A stretch of DNA of 19,901 nucleotides, taken from positions 100,031-119,931 of IMG/VR virus record IMGVR_UViG_3300033696_000004; one strand, given 5' to 3'. The first letter of the stretch is position 1, and the number at the start of each line of letters is the position of its first letter. This document shows positions 6,258-14,600 of the stretch, one piece after another. The notes below the pieces were generated by a model. That model saw only the letters and a list, made by a program, of their open reading frames with translations. It made no database searches and had not been told where the DNA came from. A program made the position numbers and the translations under genes. The stretch is from a virus. Taxonomy: Duplodnaviria > Heunggongvirae > Uroviricota > Caudoviricetes.

Positions 6258-6935
6258 TTACATCTTATGTATTCCAATCTCACGAGCACCTTGAGTACAC
6301 GAAACAAATAGTTGTTGCAATTTTTTTGGTGACTCAAACGTTTTCGGTTTTTCGTTCCAGTAAATCCCAAACACCCCAGTGTAAACCCCCTTTCTATTAA
6401 AAATTGGACATGTATATTTGAACGGAATAGCATCGCTGCCATTTTTATTCAACTTATACTCTTCCATTTCTCCCCAGAACGGCATTCCCAGTATATGTTC
6501 TTTATACTCCTTTTCACTCTTATCGACTCCAATCACCTTGAGTTTATTTTCATTCATGTTTTCTAGAATTTTACCTTCATAGTGTACCATCTCTTTGAAG
6601 TGATGTAAGTCTTCGGGCTTATACATGAAGACCGCAACCATACCAGAATTAACTATTGAATACACTGACTGAGTTTGAACACGGATAGCAGCTTCGTAGT
6701 CTTCTTTCTGTATTTTTCTCTCAGCTTCAATGTAAGCTTCATATGAACGACCATAATTAAATGATTCGATTGTCTTGACAACACTCTCTTTCTCTATGTA
6801 TAATAGAGCAGAAAATACAATCATAAACGTGACAAAAATTCGATTAAATGAGATTGAACCATCTTTATCAATAAAGAAATTGACTAGATTCTTGATCACG
6901 GAAATCTGAGAATCTGTTATTTTAGGTTGGTTCAT
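6258..6935 (-). CDS. t: holin, T4 gp t family
   Basis: Single TM segment (RIFVTFMIVFSALLYI) followed by a large periplasmic domain: YKPEDL..F..M..YEG, VDKSE.EY..H..G, YTCPIFN..G.Y.G...IYW, SCTQGAR.IG. Confidence 0.93.
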   Translation of the reverse strand: MNQPKITDSQISVIKNLVNFFIDKDGSISFNRIFVTFMIVFSALLYIEKESVVKTIESFNYGRSYEAYIEAERKIQKEDYEAAIRVQTQSVYSIVNSGMVAVFMYKPEDLHHFKEMVHYEGKILENMNENKLKVIGVDKSEKEYKEHILGMPFWGEMEEYKLNKNGSDAIPFKYTCPIFNRKGVYTGVFGIYWNEKPKTFESPKKLQQLFVSCTQGAREIGIHKM

Positions 6936-6962
6936 TGCATTTACCCTCTTATTGGATAAGTG

Positions 6963-6970
6963 TATTTATA
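6963..6970 (-). promoter_or_regulatory. T4 late promoter for holin
   Basis: Perfect TATAAATA on the - strand, 27 nt upstream of the holin ATG. Confidence 0.9.
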
Positions 6971-6974
6971 CACT

Positions 6975-6997
6975 AAAAAGAGACCCGAAGGTCTCCT
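6975..6997 (-). terminator. cUUCGg terminator after distal fibre A
   Basis: - strand AGGAGACC-TTCG-GGTCTC-TTTTT. Confidence 0.9.
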
Positions 6998-7003
6998 AAT
7001 TTA

Positions 7004-10000
7004 TTACGCAGCTTCTAAAGCTTCAACTCGTGCCAATAATGCATCATTAGCAGATTTTAATTCTTTAATAGCTTCTAATTGCATAGCAACAATAGCACCC
7101 AAATCAACACCCTCTGTTTTAGTAAGAGAACGTTTCTTTAAATTCGATTCAGTAGTATCATAAAACTCATGATATGCTTCTGGTAAGAATTGTTTTACCG
7201 ATTTAGGTTTAATACTAATACGGGGATTTGTATCTTCATGCATTGCATCAGAACGAACAATTTTATTCGAAGTAATACCACAAACAATGTCTAATGCAGT
7301 TGTTGCAGTCTTTGTTAAGAATAATGGATGAACATCAGTCACTTTAGCAGATTCGATGATTACACCCTTAGTTCTAAACCCTCTTCCGCCCCATGTATAT
7401 TGATTATTACCCACATAAAGTATACTTTCTGTATTGTTAAAATGTCCATCAACCGCATGAACACCCTGAGAAGCCCAGTTGGATTGCCCCCATGTAGTTA
7501 CTTTCCATATAGAGAATGCACTATGGTTCATTCCGTTTAGTGCTGGAGTCAGTAACAGAGCAGATGGACGGGTCTGCCAAGATACCCACGAACCACCGTG
7601 TACATTGTCTGCACTAAATGCCCCTTGCCCTCCACCATTACCAGTAACATAAAGACAATTTGATTGCAACGACATAGTTGAACCACCCTGCTCTCCACGG
7701 TTCATACTCATGTCTCCATTTGGATCATTGTAGATATAACCACTAGTAGCAGTACCAGCAGCATTTTGCCAAACTATATGCTTACGCCCATCGCCACGCA
7801 TGTATTGATTCAATGAATTTATAACTGGCTTTTGGAAAGTAACATCATTAGCACTAATCCTCATTGATGAATTAGTATCCCACCAATTACTACCCATTCC
7901 TAACGCAATATACTGACCAGTGGTTCCTGAACCAAGTATACCGACTCCACCTAAAGTAGTACTGCCATTGGTAAATGTTAAACCCCTAGCCCAACCGCCA
8001 GTAGTAGATGGTCTTTCTACTCTATAATCACCGTAATAGTTAGTAATTCCTCTTGCAGCTAATGATAACTTAACATCAAGTGAACCGTTCATTGTGGAAC
8101 CGCCAGTTCCACTAGTAGCGAAACTCTGCATAAATGCAGCACTAGTAAGATTCATACTCTCGCCAGTGAATCGTTTAGCGTTCATTTCACCTAATACAGT
8201 ACCACCTTGGGTGTATACACTTAATTTTCCACCACTACGACATTGCAATGAAGCAGCGTACTTACCAGGTTGATGGAATCCTAATGTCGGGAACACCGTA
8301 TTAGGTGAGCCATTACCATTAAGCATAACACCACCAGTGCTGTAATCATTACCTGTACCAATTGCTGTAAGACGAGTAACAGTACCATTAGTAACAGTAG
8401 GAGCACCTACATCAGCAGCAGTTGGTTTATTACCAGTGTGATAGAATTCATTAAATGTACCCCATGTAGTTGAGTCATAGTTCTGTTGACGGAAACCAGC
8501 ACGAGCAGCACCACTTTTACTGAATATCAATGCATTTGATAACTTAACATCAGAACCAGTGTAACCAGAAACCCAAACAACATCAGACCAAGATAGACTA
8601 GGAATACCAGCAGCAGAATTAAGCATATGACAGCGCAATTTACCACCACCAAAATAATTAGGCTTCTCACTGCCACCACTAATGTAATGACCGACAATAT
8701 CATTAGCTCGTGTAGCAGTAGCAGTCTTACCTAAGAATCGACCATCCGCTTCCGTTTTAGAATAAGTACCTAACCATGTACGAATAGCACCAGTATCAGA
8801 ACAATAACGAGTATAATTATCTGTAGTGTTATTAACACGGAAAGCCATTGCACCAGTACATCTAGTTTCATTCGCATAATTAGAACGCAATAAACGAACA
8901 TTAATATCAGCAGCAGCATCACGAACAGCAACAGTGTTAGCAGTTGCAGCAGAAGTGTGTGCTGTATTAGGAACATTACTTAGACCTACATCAGAAGCAG
9001 TTGGTTTGTTACCAGAAGAATAAACACGGTGACCATTTTCGTAAATAGAACCACCAGATCTAAATTCACCATTCGTCTTAAACGACCAAGCCCTACTAGT
9101 ACCATCATGCTTAATCATATGAAGAGTAGTTTCAGCAACACCAGAAGCGTTAACACTTTGACCCATAGACGTAACCCAATCTTCAGCACCTACAGTGTGT
9201 ATACCTTTCTGTTTCCAAGCAGGGAAGTAAGCAGATGTTTGAGCAGTACTATAATCGTTGTAGAATGGAGCTAGTGTTCCATATTGACTTGCAAGTGCAT
9301 TAGATTCAGCGTAGTATGCTTTGACACCACGTGATACTGTTGCATCTCCAGTGTTAAGATCTAACATCAATGGATGACGACCATTTGATCCATTATCCCA
9401 ACTATCACTATTATTACCGCTTGATCGTAGAACATAAAACACATTTGAGTTTGTGTGTAAAAATGCACCTTTATTGTCCGTGTCTTTTAGGTTAATAGTA
9501 GGTCCACTATTATTAAGAGTAAGTCTACCATCAACATTAATTGAACCACCACGGTATGAATTAACCCACGATTCGTTGAACCAATAGTCATTTCTTCCGA
9601 TTACCGACCACGCACTACTACCAGTTGCGGCTCTAGCAGGAAGAATACCCCCGTTAGATGCACTGTCTCCACCAGACACAATCCATATTCTTGAGTTTTT
9701 AGTCTGTGAATTGTTTGCACCATCTGCCCAATAAGAATCTCCACCAATGTCTTCCCAACTAGGTTTATATCCAGTAGTGTAGATACGGTTAGTCTTTAAA
9801 TAACCAGTTCCATCAGGACGAGCATTGAAAAGTTCAGTTCCGTCCAACGACGCAGCGAATCCAACAGATCCAGAACTAGTATCACGCTTATGTCCGAATA
9901 AAAGTTTATTATCGTACCAGTCAGCTTCAACCCCAGACGCAATTGTGTTTACTGCTCGGTTGGTGTTTGTAAGCCTAACTGCATTTTGCTCGGTTGCTAC

Positions 10001-11566
10001 AACTTCAAGTCCTTTACTAGCAAATAACTTACCGTGTGCAGTAACTTCAGATGTGTTATCAGTTGTTGAATGACCACGTTTGAATTCGAGTATGTTATTC
10101 CCACCACGCCAATTAATGTAAATACTGCTTCCGACTGGAGTGTTTGTACTAGAAATCAAAGTTCCACTCGTATCGTTTTTGTCGAAACGATTAGTGGAAA
10201 TAGATGGTACAGTCAACGCACCAGTCATGGTATCACCAAGTTTTGAAACAGCGTTGGTTACTTCCGTTACGTCGGGCTTATGGAATCTAGAAAAATACTC
10301 AACATTATCAATCCACATATTGTTCGGTGAACCGCTAGTTACTTCTTGCATCAACACAGAAACATTATATTTATTATCATGTTTCGTCTTGACACGAACT
10401 TTGTCATCGATTATACTTAATTCAGGGTGGTTACTACCATCATTTTTATGTGCTATAAGAGTAAGAGCAATAACACCAGTTGAATTAACTGTTATGTTAT
10501 ACACTGCACCCGTAGAAGTACCTGTACTTTGAGTTACTAATCTGACCAAATACGATGAATCATTTTTAAGAGAGTTACCATCTGCACCAAGCAATTCTTC
10601 TGTTATTGTATGTGACACATAATACATACGTGTACTAAATGGAGTAGTTAACGATGGTTGAACACCTAACTCGCTTGGAGTTGGTTTATGACCTTCGTGG
10701 TATACCCACTTATCAGCATCATCTTGCCATACCGATAATTTCAATCCGTCAGCACCAGTTCCGTGAATACGAGTATGTGTTTCTGTGTCTGCACTATTAC
10801 CAATTCTTAAAATTTTATCAGCTGAGAATGAAATCAGTCTTGAATTATCCAATGCATTATACGTGTTACTAAGCGTAACTCCACGTAGATATGCATTACT
10901 AGTGATGTCAATATTACCACCACGGTATGAATTAGACCATACTTCCTTCCACTGAGATGCAGCATCACCTAAGTTAATTAGTTTAGTTGAACTATTGAAT
11001 GGTTTAATTAATGTTGTTATGGTATGATCGAATATTAAATTACTCTTCGCTTTAATGTAACCAGCAGTCGAGTTATCCCAGTATAAATTCCCACCGACAT
11101 CAGCCCACGTTGGTTTGAATCCAGCATGGTATGCTCGGTTACCATCAATGTAAACTTCACCATCTTTCTTGATAGACATCCACGCTTCGGAATCAGACCA
11201 TGGCGAACCAGTCACATACTGACCAAAAAAGTAGTTACTCAATTCAGTTGCATTACCAGTCCATTGAGCACCAGCGAATCCTAGGTTTGATCCTATTCTA
11301 TTTTTATAAACCACACCACGAGCAAGGTTACCATCAGTAAGCGGAGTCCATTCGATACCACTACCTTCGGTCATTTTCAATTTACCAGTCATAGTATCGC
11401 CAGAACGGTTTACAGCATTTATTTCTTGTGTTGTTGGCTTATGTGCTTCTGTATAAACCTTATGACCTTTATAGTCTAGTCGAGTATCTACCGTTTGGAA
11501 TTCTAGATTACCTTGATGCCAGATTAAGTTTCCACCAAGCAAGGTTCCAGATTTTAAATTTGCCAT
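7004..11566 (-). CDS. distal long tail fibre A (gp36-gp37-like fusion, 1520 aa) with a degenerate S74-like C-terminal chaperone
   Basis: N-terminus MANLKSGTLLGGNLIWHQGN resembles T4 gp36 MADLKVGSTTGGSVIWHQGN. Repeated YxxGxKPTxxDVG and GDTMTG fibre motifs. C-terminal coiled coil GVDLGAIVAMQLEAIKELK..L.ARVEALE. SD AAGGAG. Confidence 0.88.
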   Translation of the reverse strand: MANLKSGTLLGGNLIWHQGNLEFQTVDTRLDYKGHKVYTEAHKPTTQEINAVNRSGDTMTGKLKMTEGSGIEWTPLTDGNLARGVVYKNRIGSNLGFAGAQWTGNATELSNYFFGQYVTGSPWSDSEAWMSIKKDGEVYIDGNRAYHAGFKPTWADVGGNLYWDNSTAGYIKAKSNLIFDHTITTLIKPFNSSTKLINLGDAASQWKEVWSNSYRGGNIDITSNAYLRGVTLSNTYNALDNSRLISFSADKILRIGNSADTETHTRIHGTGADGLKLSVWQDDADKWVYHEGHKPTPSELGVQPSLTTPFSTRMYYVSHTITEELLGADGNSLKNDSSYLVRLVTQSTGTSTGAVYNITVNSTGVIALTLIAHKNDGSNHPELSIIDDKVRVKTKHDNKYNVSVLMQEVTSGSPNNMWIDNVEYFSRFHKPDVTEVTNAVSKLGDTMTGALTVPSISTNRFDKNDTSGTLISSTNTPVGSSIYINWRGGNNILEFKRGHSTTDNTSEVTAHGKLFASKGLEVVATEQNAVRLTNTNRAVNTIASGVEADWYDNKLLFGHKRDTSSGSVGFAASLDGTELFNARPDGTGYLKTNRIYTTGYKPSWEDIGGDSYWADGANNSQTKNSRIWIVSGGDSASNGGILPARAATGSSAWSVIGRNDYWFNESWVNSYRGGSINVDGRLTLNNSGPTINLKDTDNKGAFLHTNSNVFYVLRSSGNNSDSWDNGSNGRHPLMLDLNTGDATVSRGVKAYYAESNALASQYGTLAPFYNDYSTAQTSAYFPAWKQKGIHTVGAEDWVTSMGQSVNASGVAETTLHMIKHDGTSRAWSFKTNGEFRSGGSIYENGHRVYSSGNKPTASDVGLSNVPNTAHTSAATANTVAVRDAAADINVRLLRSNYANETRCTGAMAFRVNNTTDNYTRYCSDTGAIRTWLGTYSKTEADGRFLGKTATATRANDIVGHYISGGSEKPNYFGGGKLRCHMLNSAAGIPSLSWSDVVWVSGYTGSDVKLSNALIFSKSGAARAGFRQQNYDSTTWGTFNEFYHTGNKPTAADVGAPTVTNGTVTRLTAIGTGNDYSTGGVMLNGNGSPNTVFPTLGFHQPGKYAASLQCRSGGKLSVYTQGGTVLGEMNAKRFTGESMNLTSAAFMQSFATSGTGGSTMNGSLDVKLSLAARGITNYYGDYRVERPSTTGGWARGLTFTNGSTTLGGVGILGSGTTGQYIALGMGSNWWDTNSSMRISANDVTFQKPVINSLNQYMRGDGRKHIVWQNAAGTATSGYIYNDPNGDMSMNRGEQGGSTMSLQSNCLYVTGNGGGQGAFSADNVHGGSWVSWQTRPSALLLTPALNGMNHSAFSIWKVTTWGQSNWASQGVHAVDGHFNNTESILYVGNNQYTWGGRGFRTKGVIIESAKVTDVHPLFLTKTATTALDIVCGITSNKIVRSDAMHEDTNPRISIKPKSVKQFLPEAYHEFYDTTESNLKKRSLTKTEGVDLGAIVAMQLEAIKELKSANDALLARVEALEAA
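11434..11566 (-). repeat. duplicated fibre 5' end, copy A (pairs with 15900-16032)
   Basis: Hand alignment gives 111/133 nt identical; 41 of the first 45 aa are identical. Confidence 0.9.
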
Positions 11567-11597
11567 ATCAGGCTCCTTATAATTCGAATTATAATTT

Positions 11598-11605
11598 TAT
11601 TTAGT
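11598..11605 (-). promoter_or_regulatory. late promoter for fibre A
   Basis: ACTAAATA on the - strand, lying between the upstream terminator and the SD. Confidence 0.6.
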
Positions 11606-11612
11606 AGAAACG

Positions 11613-11637
11613 AAAAAGGAGACCCGAAGGTCTCCTT
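11613..11637 (-). terminator. cUUCGg terminator after distal fibre B
   Basis: - strand AAGGAGACC-TTCG-GGTCTCCTT-TTT; an 18-nt core is identical to 6980-6997. Confidence 0.9.
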
Positions 11638-11640
11638 AAT

Positions 11641-14600
11641 CTATTTAGAAAGTTCATTTACACGCTTTGTTAACGTTTCAATTTGTTTCTGTTGCTCCTT
11701 GATTGCTTCGACAAACAACGCACTCAATTGAGCATACGCAACTGTTAAGTTACCTTCTTTATCTTCAAGTACAGCTTGTGGTAGAACTTCTTGAACATCT
11801 TGTGCGATCACACCAGCTTGTTCACCTACACCAGCAGTGTCATTCTTCCATTCATAGATAACACCGTTCAGTTTAGAAACCTTCTCAACAGCATTTTCTA
11901 CATTATGAATGTTAGTTTTCAATCTACGGTCAGAATAAGCAGTTACGTTACCACTGAATACAACATCACCAGTTTCGAGGTTGAATGTTGCTGGATGACG
12001 ACCATTTGGACCACTATCCCATGATGTAGCATTATTACCAGTACCACGAAGTAGATACATCAAGTTACTATTACAGTGCCACGCACAAGAACGAGAATCA
12101 GTGTCTTGGAACCATAACGTAGGACTGCCATTATTAATGTACATCTGGTTTGAGGTTTTTATCGAACTTGGGGATATGAATTCACCATCATCGGTAAATG
12201 ACCATACGTATCTATTACTATTATCATCATTACGAGAGATGATATTTAGACCTTTACTTCCGTTACATTCGATCATCATGTAGGAACCAGCAGTACCACT
12301 CAATTGCAAGTATGAATAAGCGCCTTTGTGAGTTTTGAAACCAGAACCAACATGCGCACCAGTTGAACGTATTTGACCGTTACCACCGTCAAGGAATACA
12401 CGAGCATCACCATCAGCAGCAACATACATACCCCATGAACCACTTCTTAATGATTCGGGAATGAACGGAGTACTAGCACCAGCAACACAATAACCAATCC
12501 CGTACATGTTACCTAAAGCGGTATCACTTGGTTTGTAGTTTGTTCCAATTGCATAGATAGGGTTGGTTTTAATAGAGTTGTCACCAACATTATTATAAGA
12601 ACCAACCAAGTAACCAGAGCTATGAGATTGACGGTTTATAGTTCCTTTCATGTCAGCAGAACCAAACTTCAAGGTTGCGTTCTTGTCGTTTTCGCCAGCA
12701 TTGAAACTCATAGCACTAATCTTAGTTCCACCTACTTGACGATAGTTGAAATACAATTCAGCAGATGATGATGTGAAGTTAATCTCATTATCATAGTTAA
12801 TATGTAGACCACCGCCACCCGTTCCAGTTTGCCATAATGAATTTGGTTTGAATCCTTCAGTATAAACGTTTTTCCACGCAGACCAAGAACCACCGCCATC
12901 ATTACGACCACGAATAGCCATGCGGTTGCCATTACGCTCAACAAATGTTTGAGTAACGAACTGACCACTTGTACTATTAGAACCGATAACTTGCAGTGTA
13001 CCATAGTCACAACCAGCAGGTGGTTTATTAGTCATACTACCAGTAGCATAAACGTTAAATGATTCGGTTTTTACATAACTGTTTAAATCAATTGCACCAG
13101 TTAGTTTACGAGCAATCGAAGAAACGCCACTATTTGCTTCGATAAATCCAGAACCAGAAATCGAAGCAACGTTAGTACTACCACGCTGGAATATCCAACC
13201 ACGGTTAGTTGTGTCCGACATTGTGAGATAAGTAGCCCAATCTCCAGTAACGCCACCATGAGTACCAGAACCAACCGTACCAGTGAACATCATACCATAT
13301 TCAGGTTTTCCTTCTTTACCACCACCATGCAATGATAGTCCTAGTTTAGAAGTACTTGACGCATTAGAAAGACCTAATCCAGTACCAGCAGTAATAGATT
13401 TATTAGCACGGAAATCACCACGAATACCCATGTGACCGCCACGAGTGTCGATGTACGCAGCATTTTCACCCTTTGGTACTGCTTGATTGTCGATAGTAGA
13501 TTCAAAACCAACACCGAACCATGATTTGATGTTAATGTTAGTTGTGGTAAACGAAGCACCATCACCTTGACCAGCACCAATGTGACAGCTACCGTTTTGT
13601 GTCCATGATAAATTGCCAGTCATTGTATCACCAGCTTTATTCACAGCACCAACTTCAGCAGGAGTAGGTTTATGGTATTCAGAATAAACACGTTGACCGA
13701 CATCATACAATTGACCACTCGTATCACACAACAACGTTGTACCATTAGATGCATACAATGGACGATGCATTACTACCTTATCAGTTTGGTAATCAGTACC
13801 AGATGAATAGCCTAAGTACAAAATACCATCAGAACCAGATGCAGATAATGTAACGGCTTTGTTGTCATGAGACCATAGGACTTTCTTCCCATCTTTCATC
13901 TTAATACCATTATGACCAGTGAAAGTCAATGCACCCGTCATGGTATCACCAGTTTTAGCAACAGCGTTTACATCAGAAGAAGTTGGTTTCGCACGAGAGT
14001 TATAAATTACGTTATTTTCAGACCACTTAGTAATTCCAGTTGGTTCAGCAGTTCCAACAGCAACACGATTCCAAACAGCAGAAGCATTCATTGAAGTCGT
14101 TAACATGTAAATCAATCCAGAGTCTGGATAACTACTTGATTTCAAGTAGATTTCGTATGTCGAACCAGAAATGTGTTTGTATCCAACATCAGTAATAGCA
14201 AGTGACATTCCACCGTCATAGAATCCAACAACGGTTAATCCAGTAGCAGGAGAACCATTACCAGTACGGAACTGGATAGTTTGGGTTCCTAGTTGAGACT
14301 CAATACCAACGTTAAAGCCATTACCGCCAGTTATTTCCAGTTTAATTGTAGATGCATTATTAGGCATAACTACAGTCATAGCTTTATGCCATTGGACACC
14401 AGATGCTAAACCAGATACCTGTTGACCACGTACAGCGTTAATTTCAGCCAACGATGGTTTATCACCTTCGTGGTAGATACGTTTACCAGTATGATCCGAA
14501 TTAGTACAGTACCGTAACTTATTACGAGCAATACGAATATAGTCAGTCCAATCAGCAGCATCAGAAGGTCTACCACCAACCAAATAATCACCAACTATAT

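Noticed and set aside
5736-6442. Long 161-aa asiA frame and track ORFs 5786-5983(-) and 6254-6442(-)
   Set aside because: The 5' extension overlaps the endolysin and lies upstream of the asiA promoter; the other two are shadow frames of asiA and the holin.
6932-6940. Mini-ORF ATG-CAA-TGA overlapping the holin start (dual-start-like)
   Set aside because: It is out of frame and only 3 nt from the SD. T4-type holins are regulated by RI rather than by a dual start.
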